Shown: positions 1 to 8,419 of the stretch, in pieces | Layout of the letters: each line of letters begins with the position of its first letter | Position numbering within the stretch: the stretch's first letter is position 1 | Source: Sedimentisphaerales bacterium | Lineage (GTDB): Bacteria; Planctomycetota; Phycisphaerae; Sedimentisphaerales; SM23-30 | DNA: 64,000 bases | Assembly: GCA_963666285.1 (NCBI GenBank) | Contig: OY762711.1 | Direction: 5' to 3' (one strand) | Notes under the pieces: model-generated | Seen by the model: the letters and a program-made list of their open reading frames with translations, nothing else | Databases searched by the model: none | Told to the model about the DNA's origin: nothing | Translations under genes and position numbers: made by a program

Positions 1-640
1 GACCAAAAAGATTTACTTTTGCATTATTATATTTGTCATCAGATTGGAATTTAGTTTTAATAAATTGATTTAATCTGCCAGCATTCCATTCTATACTTTT
101 TGTTCCATTCAAGATAAGGCTGGCATCCCAACAAGTTATTCCTCTGGTCTCAAACCAACTTTGCACTGAAAACACTAGTCCCATTTCTTGTTGAAATACA
201 TCTGAATGCCAATAATAATCATCTATGCCTATCCCAAAGGCATCATACCCTCTCACTAGAACGATAATAACTTCTGGGGTAATTGCTTCTGATTGTTCAC
301 TAACCGGCACTTCTTCTGCGTTAGCTAGAATATAACTGTATGAATAATGACAACTAAGTTCTGAAAGACTGAAATGGTCAATAAACTTACTTCCATGAAC
401 AGTATGACTGTCTAGTTCACTATTACCTAAATTTAAACGACTGAGTACATAATTACCCTCCGGTTCCCAACTGACGGTAACAGTGCCATCCCAGTTATTT
501 GTGACATTTAGCTTGATTGCGTCTCTGTTGTTGATTATGAAGGTGTTGGATAAAGCGGTGCCAGTTTCCGCAACTGCCTGACTGGCAAAGAAGGTAACAG
601 CTAAAACAGATATTATCGAAACTATTTTACAAAACTTCAT
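1..640 (-). CDS. Secreted alpha/beta-hydrolase (lipase/esterase-like), runs off the window start
   Basis: Not in the ORF track. Manual translation from ATG at 640 gives signal peptide MKFCKIVSIISVLAVTFFASQAVA, then IIVLVRGYD (oxyanion-strand-like), and ends NAKVNLFG at the window edge where G-H-S-x-G would be expected. Confidence 0.7.
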   Translation of the reverse strand, partial: MKFCKIVSIISVLAVTFFASQAVAETGTALSNTFIINNRDAIKLNVTNNWDGTVTVSWEPEGNYVLSRLNLGNSELDSHTVHGSKFIDHFSLSELSCHYSYSYILANAEEVPVSEQSEAITPEVIIVLVRGYDAFGIGIDDYYWHSDVFQQEMGLVFSVQSWFETRGITCWDASLILNGTKSIEWNAGRLNQFIKTKFQSDDKYNNAKVNLFG

Positions 641-900
641 TATTTTTTCTCCTGAAATATCAGTACAATTAACAATGACTATCTATATTTTTCACGCAGC
701 AAAACTGCGATAGCATTCAAGAAACCAAATGGAATTTCCGGTTAAAAACCTACCAATGCCATCCGGCTTTATTGAAATTCGGCCACTGAGCAATTGCCCA
801 GTCATCTCAGGACACTACCGAGGATTTTCCACGCCACACTGGCAATATCCGTAAATATCACCATTCCGGGTAATTCGTGAAAATACAAGGGGGGCAGGGC

Positions 901-1980
901 TCAACGGCAGACCCGAAAGCCTGTATATTGGTCTTCACATTCTTCTTCAGTAACATTTGCATAAAATGATACTCTACAATCTATTATTGCAGAATAATTT
1001 GCCCAACAACCACCTCGAATTGAGTGATAATAGCTACTATAAACACTTTTATTACTTGTTAATTCAAAAACATTTCCAGCCATATCACATAGTCCATACC
1101 CGAATGGACCATAATATCCAACAGGGGTTGTATATGGATTATCATTAAAACCAATAGGATTTGAGCGATTGTAATTTGCTATTGAAGTGTTTATTGTATT
1201 GCCGGTACCATATGTATAGTTACCGTCGTAATCGGCTACGGCTTGCCATTCCCACTCTGTAGGCAGACGCCAGCCATAATAACTGGCAAAAGACGTCGCT
1301 CCATACCATGTTACAAAAACTACCGGATGATTGGCCATACTGTAGCCATCACGAGTTCTTACAGAAAAAGTACCGTTATAACTTATCTGGCTATATGAAT
1401 AGCTTTCATAAGTTCTGAAATATGTTTTTCCGCTATATGAGCCGCTATTACCATAAACATAACCATCGGAGACATAAATATCACCTGAGACCAGGGCGGC
1501 GTTGAGATACTGGCAATACTGGGCATTGGTAGTCTCATACTTGCTCATGTAACCCATAAATCCTTCGTGTCCAGACACGCCAGAATCATTGACATAGACC
1601 CATTTCATGCCCAGTTCGCTACTGTTGGCATTGGTATTGCTATCATCGGCTGTGATCTGGATTTTGTAGGTATTGCCGTATTGGCCGGGGAGGTCGGTTT
1701 TGGTGTTCCAGGTGATAGTGTGTCTGCCGGGGGAGATGGCGGAGCCGAGATCGCCGGAGATGTCTGTTGCAGATACGTTCCATGTACTGCCGCCATCGTC
1801 ACTGATGAGCATGGAAACAATACAGCTATCGCCGTCAGCATCGGTAAGGGTGTAGCTGATATCGACAATGCCGCTGTCGTCGGTTCGCTGGACAGCGTAA
1901 ATATTGCTGATTTCGGGTGCGGAATTGGCATAAATACAGTTTGTAAAAACTATAAGAACTAAAAGCCATAAATACTTCAT
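901..1980 (-). CDS. Secreted FGE-sulfatase/SUMF1 (C-type lectin fold) domain protein with N-terminal Ig-like domain
   Basis: Motifs SKYETTNAQY, HPVVFVTW, RLPTEWEW, GLCDMAGNV, RGG.W, GFRVCR; signal peptide. Confidence 0.85.
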   Translation of the reverse strand: MKYLWLLVLIVFTNCIYANSAPEISNIYAVQRTDDSGIVDISYTLTDADGDSCIVSMLISDDGGSTWNVSATDISGDLGSAISPGRHTITWNTKTDLPGQYGNTYKIQITADDSNTNANSSELGMKWVYVNDSGVSGHEGFMGYMSKYETTNAQYCQYLNAALVSGDIYVSDGYVYGNSGSYSGKTYFRTYESYSYSQISYNGTFSVRTRDGYSMANHPVVFVTWYGATSFASYYGWRLPTEWEWQAVADYDGNYTYGTGNTINTSIANYNRSNPIGFNDNPYTTPVGYYGPFGYGLCDMAGNVFELTSNKSVYSSYYHSIRGGCWANYSAIIDCRVSFYANVTEEECEDQYTGFRVCR

Positions 1981-2290
1981 TCTCTAACTCCTCAAATAGC
2001 ATATACGGATAATAATAGCAGGATAAGACCAAGTTTTGAAGCCAACCAGTAAAAAACTCTATTCTCTACTCGCATCTCCCATGTTTAACTTATATATACT
2101 AGCAAAAATATCGTTTAGATCAAAATAAAAAGATGATAAATAATGTTGCATATAATTATCTGGAGCTACCAGATGGCGGTAATATAGGTAGGATATGATA
2201 TTTAAGGATGAATTTTTACGAAAATTCTTAGGGCGGTCAAGTGAGCAACCTAAGAAAGGTATTAGGTGCGTGAATGTAGGTAAGAGGGGA

Positions 2291-2409
2291 GAGGTAAGAG
2301 GTAAGAGGTAAGAGGTAAGAGGTAAGAGGTGAGAGGTAAGAGGTAAGAGGTGAGAGGTAAGAGGTAAGAGGTAAGAGGTAAGAGGTGAGAGGTGAGAGGT
2401 AAGAGGTGA
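2291..2409 (+). repeat. Heptamer tandem repeat (GAGGTAA/GAGGTGA) x17
   Basis: Counted directly in the sequence. Confidence 0.95.
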
Positions 2410-2420
2410 GAGGGGTTCGT

Positions 2421-2466
2421 TCAAGACATGGGTAACGGTTGAGTGTCAAGACATAGGTAACGGTTG
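2421..2466. mobile_element. Possible IS481-like terminal remnant (two 21-bp direct repeats TCAAGACATRGGTAACGGTTG)
   Basis: Repeats at 2421-2441 and 2446-2466; the GACATAGGTAAC core resembles IS481-family ends from memory; no transposase nearby. Confidence 0.4.
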
Positions 2467-2776
2467 GATTAACCTAATCAGAAAGCAAATGCGTATTTCT
2501 CGGATGCCAGGTTATGCCTAACTCCGGCAGATAATCATATTTTACTCAAAAAACAAATTTGTCAGGGGATGACAAATTTGAAAAGATTTTTTTGTATAGC
2601 TTCTGTTTGTTTAAGTTGTTATTTTGTAATGGTTTATGTTGGTGTGTTGTTGTGAGGTTAAGCTCGGATGAGTTTTTTTTGTATTTTTTTCATAAAAAAA
2701 AGGAACTTTGGAAATTTCACTATAGTAATCAATACATTTTTTTTCAATATTGCAGGATTTAGTGAGACTTAAGATT

Positions 2777-3727
2777 ATGATAGCTAGAAAAAATATATCC
2801 AAAGGTTTTACTTTGATTGAATTGCTAGTAGTAATTTCTATAATTGCTCTTTTGGTTTCTATATTGATGCCGGCTCTGAATAAAGCTAAGGAACAAGCTA
2901 CGTCAGTAGTATGCCTGGCAAATATTCGATCTTTGTCGCAGGCGTATTATATGTATGCGATGGATAATGACGGGACTATTGTTGGTGGTTATGTGCAAAA
3001 ATATGATAGAATAACCTGGGGTAACTACCTGGACAATCAATGGGTTTTTTCTCCTCGCAAAAATGATAATAATTTATATGATCATATTGGTTTAGCAGAT
3101 GGTTCAAGTGGAGCAGTAGTGCCAACGCAGGATGATCGTTTAACCGGCATCAAAGCCGGTAAACTTTGGAAGTATATCAAAAATACAGATGTGTATCACT
3201 GCCCAGGTGATAAGCGCTATATAAAGCCGACTTCAACAGAAATAATCGGCTCACAGGAAAATTACATGATTTACAGGAGTTATAGTATACCGGATTGTTT
3301 ATATGGGTCCAAAAGCAATTTACCCTATGATTATTTGCAGAATCCAGTAACAAAAATCACACGGATAAGGATTCCAAGTGAAAAGTATTGTTTTGTAGAG
3401 GCCAATTTCCCCGGCTATGAAGCAATGCCGTATAATCATGGCGGTTTTTCGTTTATGCCATGGAAGGATGTCCCGTCGGTAATGACAACATGGTGGGATC
3501 CGCCAGCTCCGTTTCATAATAAAAGCGGCGTATTTGGTTTTTTAGATGGTCATTCAGAAAAACATAAATGGGAAGATAAAAGTACAATTGAGCATACAAC
3601 TTCCGGACTAGGTAGCGGTAGTGTTGCTTATGATCCAGATGGAGACGGTCTTAATAAAGATGTTGACTGGATGACGCAGGGATGGCCTGAAGATAGAAAT
3701 AATAAATACCGTTATGTTTATAATTAA
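2777..3727 (+). CDS. Prepilin-type N-methylation / H-X9-DG domain protein (DUF1559-like)
   Basis: KGFTLIELLVVISIIALLVSILMPAL, C.ANI, YHCPGD, H-NKSGVFGFL-DGH; ATG at 2777 preferred over 2750. Confidence 0.9.
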   Translation: MIARKNISKGFTLIELLVVISIIALLVSILMPALNKAKEQATSVVCLANIRSLSQAYYMYAMDNDGTIVGGYVQKYDRITWGNYLDNQWVFSPRKNDNNLYDHIGLADGSSGAVVPTQDDRLTGIKAGKLWKYIKNTDVYHCPGDKRYIKPTSTEIIGSQENYMIYRSYSIPDCLYGSKSNLPYDYLQNPVTKITRIRIPSEKYCFVEANFPGYEAMPYNHGGFSFMPWKDVPSVMTTWWDPPAPFHNKSGVFGFLDGHSEKHKWEDKSTIEHTTSGLGSGSVAYDPDGDGLNKDVDWMTQGWPEDRNNKYRYVYN

Positions 3728-3741
3728 TTAACTGGAAGTAT

Positions 3742-4260
3742 ATGGAAACCAAAAAGAACAGTACAGAAGATTTTCTACCATTGCTAATGAGCAATCAGAG
3801 GAAGATACATTCATATATCAGGTCTCTTGTATTCAATTTCAGTGATGCTGATGACATTATGCAGGAAACGATAACGACTATGTGGTCAAAATTTGATCAG
3901 TTTGAATTAGGATCGGATTTTGCTTCGTGGGGAGTTAAAATAGCGTATTTTAAGGTATTGAATTACCGTAAGAAGCAAGGGAAAGATGTTTTGAGTTTTA
4001 ATGACAATATTCTGGAGCAGATAAGTGATACTTCAACCGAAAAAATTTGTGAAATAGAAGATAGAGTTAATACCCTGCGAGAATGTATCAAAAAGTTAGG
4101 TGATGAGGATCGGCAATTATTAGATATAAGGTATGAGTTAAATTGTGCACCTAAGAGTATTGCACTGCAATTAGATAAATCAGTTCAATATATTTATAAG
4201 AATCTGTCTCGGATACACTTTCTCCTGAACAGATGTATCAAGAAAAAAATGCAGGCATAG
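3742..4260 (+). CDS. ECF RNA polymerase sigma factor (planctomycete/verrucomicrobial type)
   Basis: Region 2 DADDIMQET..W.KF.QF..GSDF.SW; region 4 HTH with YKNLSRI. Confidence 0.92.
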   Translation: METKKNSTEDFLPLLMSNQRKIHSYIRSLVFNFSDADDIMQETITTMWSKFDQFELGSDFASWGVKIAYFKVLNYRKKQGKDVLSFNDNILEQISDTSTEKICEIEDRVNTLRECIKKLGDEDRQLLDIRYELNCAPKSIALQLDKSVQYIYKNLSRIHFLLNRCIKKKMQA

Positions 4261-4264
4261 TTGT

Positions 4265-5977
4265 ATGAAAGCCAAAGAATACATTCAAATAGTAGATCTA
4301 ACACTTAAATGCTATGATGGAAGAGCAACTCTTAAGTGTATAAGAGAATTGGAGTCACTGCTTAATGCTAACCAAGAGGCATTGGAGTTATATACAGAAA
4401 TAGTATTTCAAATAAACTATTTTCAATGTGAAGTTCAGAGTCCATATGTGTCAGATGTTAGTGGTTATCTAAGGGATGAACTATATTTTAAGATCAATAA
4501 AGACGGAGATATTAAGGATGTTATGTCAGTTATGGTTCAGGAAGAAAATGAAGCTCCGGAAGTGTTAATAGACCAGGTTTCAGAGATTACCGCGTCAGAT
4601 GATATTTTACCGGTTCAAGTTGTTAGAACGGGTCTATTTGTAAGAGTTTATAATGTATTAGTATCTTTAGCAGCCGTATTTTTGATAGTTTTTATTGTTT
4701 ATGCTAATTTGTATCCATCAAAGAGAAGTGAAAAGGTTGCAGTGCTGACCGAGCAGGTTAATGCTAAATGGAGCGATGGCAGCGATCAACTTAATATTGA
4801 TGATGTCTTATATACAAATCATGGACCGTATGTTCTTGACAGTGGTTTTATTGAACTGCAATATGAAAATGGAGCGAAACTGGTAGTAGAAGCACCAGCA
4901 AGTTTTACGATATTGTCAGAAAGCAACTTTAATCTGATTTTAGGTCAGGTTTATACCAAGGTTCCTAAAGAAGCAATAGGTTTTACTATTACCAGTCATA
5001 ATTCAAAAGTGATAGATTTAGGTACAGAATTTGGGGTTGCGGCAGATAGAAGTGGTAATAGTGACGTATATTTATTTAAAGGCAAAGCATCACTGGTTTC
5101 CGGCTATAAAAAACAGGAAAAGGAAAGCTTTTTGTTGGAGCCAGGGCAGGGTAAACGAGTTGATTCCAGTGCAAAAGTAAAAGATATTAATTTTGAAGAA
5201 TTTGCATTTGCAAGAGATATTTCATCAACAACATCATTGGTATGGCGTGGCCAGACAGATTGCGATTTAGTCCAGATAGTCAAAGGTAATAATGAGTTTT
5301 GGAAAAAGGACAGATCGTTTTATGCGATCAATCAATCCACGGGAGATATTATTACTTCAGTAGATCAAGGAGCTGAATATTCAGATTTGTCGAAGTACAA
5401 TGTTGTGGCTGATAATGCATATATAGATGGAGTATTTATTCCGGATGGAGGTCAGGGCAGGCAAGTGATAAGCTCTACCGGTCTTACATTTGATACTTGT
5501 CCAGATACCTGTGGTTATTGGTTTGCCCCGATAATGACGGAATGGACGCCATCATTGGAGATATTATCAGAAGGAAAGCATCTGAAGGGGATAGATATAG
5601 AAAAGTGGGTTCTTAATAAGACTGATTATGGTAATGGCAATGGTGCAATTGTATTACATTCTAACAGCGGATTGACATTCGATATTGATAGTATACGCAA
5701 TCTGTTTCCTAAGTTCGGCAGCATATTTTTTACAGCTGATATAGGCATAACCGAAGCGGTAGATAAGGACCAATTAAATATTACAGAATTCTGGGTACTA
5801 ATTGACGGTAAAGTACGTCATCATATGGTTCAAAAGGATTTTAAGCTTAAGTCTGAATATGTTCAGATAGAAATATTAGAGGAAGAACGTTTTATGACTC
5901 TGGTCGCATCAGATGGAGATAATTTGGTTGATTTTGATTGGTGGGTAGTTGCCGACCCTGTTATAACATTTAAGTAG
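4265..5977 (+). CDS. FecR-like anti-sigma factor with C-terminal NPCBM/NEW2-like carbohydrate-binding module
   Basis: Single TM, VIDLGTEFGV FecR motif, C-terminal LIDGK...TLVASDG..DW; directly after the ECF sigma. Confidence 0.85.
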   Translation: MKAKEYIQIVDLTLKCYDGRATLKCIRELESLLNANQEALELYTEIVFQINYFQCEVQSPYVSDVSGYLRDELYFKINKDGDIKDVMSVMVQEENEAPEVLIDQVSEITASDDILPVQVVRTGLFVRVYNVLVSLAAVFLIVFIVYANLYPSKRSEKVAVLTEQVNAKWSDGSDQLNIDDVLYTNHGPYVLDSGFIELQYENGAKLVVEAPASFTILSESNFNLILGQVYTKVPKEAIGFTITSHNSKVIDLGTEFGVAADRSGNSDVYLFKGKASLVSGYKKQEKESFLLEPGQGKRVDSSAKVKDINFEEFAFARDISSTTSLVWRGQTDCDLVQIVKGNNEFWKKDRSFYAINQSTGDIITSVDQGAEYSDLSKYNVVADNAYIDGVFIPDGGQGRQVISSTGLTFDTCPDTCGYWFAPIMTEWTPSLEILSEGKHLKGIDIEKWVLNKTDYGNGNGAIVLHSNSGLTFDIDSIRNLFPKFGSIFFTADIGITEAVDKDQLNITEFWVLIDGKVRHHMVQKDFKLKSEYVQIEILEEERFMTLVASDGDNLVDFDWWVVADPVITFK

Positions 5978-6068
5978 TGTTATGGCTGGAAATTGCAATA
6001 TCCATAGTGTACCTCAGAGGATGTGATTGGGGTTTAGTGTATATAATGTTTTACAATGGAGATTAGTT

Positions 6069-8093
6069 ATGAAGACAAAAGTTTTAATGGTGATTATGTT
6101 GTTGGGTTGTTCTTTGTGGGCTGTAAGTATTCCGGTGGCAAACTTCAGCTTTGAAGAACCTTATTCAGTTGATCCAAATCCAAGTAATCCAGGATATAGC
6201 GGTATTGATGGGGTGCCGCCATATTGGTCATCAAGTTGGGGTTCCTGTGGAGTTGAGAATCCAATAGATGGAGTGCATACCCTTCGTTATAGTGGCGGGC
6301 CAAATCCTCTACCAAACCCAGGAGATGGAGAACAGGTATGTTTTGTTAATATTGGTACTTCCAGTTCAGTAGCATCAATAACTTCAGATGTGGTAAGTCA
6401 GGTGTTGCCAAATGAAATGTATAAACTAGTCGTTGCTATAGGAGATCGAGTTGACCATGCTCATCCAGATGGCAGAATAGGTATATTGGTTAATGGAGAA
6501 GAAGTTGGAGATTTTTATGAATTTGATGGAGCTTCGTTAATTGATGCCGCTTTTAACGATGTAACGTATTACTGGATTTCACCGGATGAAGGAGATGTTT
6601 TAATTGGCGGAGATATTCAGATTAAAATAGAATTCTGGTATGACCAGGAAAATGGCGGATGGCAGCAGGCAACTTTTGATAATGTAAGACTTAGCACAGA
6701 AAATATATCAATGAGGACTCCGGGTAACGGCTCAATTAATCTTCCGCTTACAACAGAATTAAACTGGGAAATCAGTAATACATCTATAGCCGAAGATTAT
6801 GTGGATGTATATTTTGGTACCGGATCAGATCCGAATCTGGTAGAACAAAACAACACTTCTGGTGTATTTGAGCCGGTATTAGAAAATGATACAACTTATT
6901 ATTGGAAAATAGTTACATATGAGCCTAATTATCCTTCACCGTCTACAGTGGCAACAGATGTATGGAGTTTTACCACGTTACCGGCAACGCCAGTTGTAAC
7001 GGTGGTTTCACCTGCAGCGGCAGTAGTAGACCTTGGAGAACCAAGTATTCAGTTTACTGTAGCCACAGAAAATGAAAAAACATTACAATGGTATAAAGAT
7101 GGAATAGTTATATCAGATTCTGAAGGGATATATAGCGGCACTACAAGTAATACATTGACAGTTTATGATATCCAACAAGAAGATGAAGGTAAGTATGTTT
7201 GTACGGCAGTGAATTCGGCCGGCTCTGCAACTAGCACACCTGTATATATAGTGTTAAAAAATATGATTGCTCATCTGGCCTTTGAAGACAACCTTGAAGA
7301 TTCATCTCTATCAGGTATTTATGATGGTGTTGTTCGCCCAAGCAGTGAAAATGAATCATATGCCGATGGTGTTATTGGTCGCGCATTTGATTTTAGTGCC
7401 AATAGTAATTCAATGTACAGTGTTGTGATTCCCGGTAGCGAAGTTGATTTCCCTGAATTTATGAATATAAGCGGTTATACTTTTTCCTGCTGGATTAAGA
7501 CAAATCAAGGCCCCTGGGCAGGAATTTTGGGAATGGTCACCCGTAATGGAAACGATTATTTCAGGGCATGGAGCGGTATTGGCCTGGCTCTCGGTTCCGG
7601 TGATGATTCCGGAGCATTCTGGCATCAGATCAAAGGCGGAGCAGAAGTAAGTGACAGTAGTTATCGGATTAATGACGGAGAATGGCATCATGTTGCCGGT
7701 GCATACGATCCTGTACAGAAAAAAGGTATTTGGTATGCAGATGGTCAGTATTATTCTTATAGCAGTTCAGGGCCTATTGATGTAAATCAGGAGTTTATGA
7801 TAGGAAATGAGATGACTCTTGAGCCTGGTACTGACAATAAAATAGGTGGCGATATGCAATTTAACGGCTTGATCGATGATGTTCGAGTTTATAATTATGC
7901 ATTGTCAAAAATAGAATTGTATGACCTTTATGCAGCCGGTGAAGGTACTTTTTGTATTACTAATCCGCAAATGGATGTAAACGGACCTGATGGTGTGCCG
8001 GATTGTATTGTAGATTTATTCGACTATTCAGTATTGGCATCTCAGTGGTTAGAATGCAATCTTTATCCTGAATGTTACGATTTTTCTAACTAA
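6069..8093 (+). CDS. Secreted multidomain protein: CBM-like + Ig + LamG jellyroll + dockerin-like tail
   Basis: Signal peptide; NFSFE; YYWKI; QWYKDG..DEGKYVC (Ig); DGEWHHVA..FNGLIDDVRVY (LamG); DVNG..DCIVDLFDY...W. Confidence 0.85.
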   Translation: MKTKVLMVIMLLGCSLWAVSIPVANFSFEEPYSVDPNPSNPGYSGIDGVPPYWSSSWGSCGVENPIDGVHTLRYSGGPNPLPNPGDGEQVCFVNIGTSSSVASITSDVVSQVLPNEMYKLVVAIGDRVDHAHPDGRIGILVNGEEVGDFYEFDGASLIDAAFNDVTYYWISPDEGDVLIGGDIQIKIEFWYDQENGGWQQATFDNVRLSTENISMRTPGNGSINLPLTTELNWEISNTSIAEDYVDVYFGTGSDPNLVEQNNTSGVFEPVLENDTTYYWKIVTYEPNYPSPSTVATDVWSFTTLPATPVVTVVSPAAAVVDLGEPSIQFTVATENEKTLQWYKDGIVISDSEGIYSGTTSNTLTVYDIQQEDEGKYVCTAVNSAGSATSTPVYIVLKNMIAHLAFEDNLEDSSLSGIYDGVVRPSSENESYADGVIGRAFDFSANSNSMYSVVIPGSEVDFPEFMNISGYTFSCWIKTNQGPWAGILGMVTRNGNDYFRAWSGIGLALGSGDDSGAFWHQIKGGAEVSDSSYRINDGEWHHVAGAYDPVQKKGIWYADGQYYSYSSSGPIDVNQEFMIGNEMTLEPGTDNKIGGDMQFNGLIDDVRVYNYALSKIELYDLYAAGEGTFCITNPQMDVNGPDGVPDCIVDLFDYSVLASQWLECNLYPECYDFSN

Positions 8094-8121
8094 AGGTCGA
8101 TTACTTAGTTGGTTATAGTGT

Positions 8122-8156
8122 AAGACCTCGGTGTTAATTGCCGAGGTCTATTTTTC
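8122..8156 (+). terminator. Intrinsic terminator
   Basis: AGACCTCGG-loop-CCGAGGTCT followed by ATTTTT. Confidence 0.8.
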
Positions 8157-8168
8157 TCCATATAGTAG

Positions 8169-8410
8169 AGGTGCGGTATCGCACTCTTGACTGTTCAATA
8201 TTACACGCGAAGGTCAGAACAGGACCAATTAAGTGAAAAATGAATAATGAAAAGTGAAAAATTAAGGTGTCCCGATGTACGTTGACATCAGGAATAATTC
8301 GCTATCGTCTCACACTTTATTTTAAACATAAGCGTTGCAGGAAGGCCCTTTTATGCGATTTGCCAAAAGGTACTTCGTTACTGCAACTTAAAAACTGCGA
8401 AAGTTAACTG
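8169..8410 (+). repeat. Dispersed MITE-like repeat, copy A
   Basis: Aligns with 12681-12876; GTTGCAG...CTGCAAC hairpin; ends AACTTAAAAACTGCGAAAGTTAAC. Confidence 0.8.
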
Positions 8411-8419
8411 GAGTGATTT

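Noticed and set aside
901..1030. Complete diversity-generating retroelement around the FGE gene
   Set aside because: No template repeat or reverse transcriptase seen in the window; kept only as a weak lead
2059..2449. ORFs 2059-2424 and 2237-2449 (LLPLTSY repeats)
   Set aside because: Translations of the heptamer tandem repeat, not credible proteins
2291..2466. CRISPR array
   Set aside because: Contiguous 7-mers with no spacers; only two 21-bp repeats 4 bp apart; no cas genes
8330..8390. Integron attC sites in the dispersed hairpin repeats
   Set aside because: The stem reads GTT...AAC rather than RYYYAAC...GTTRRRY, flanked genes differ in orientation, and there is no intI
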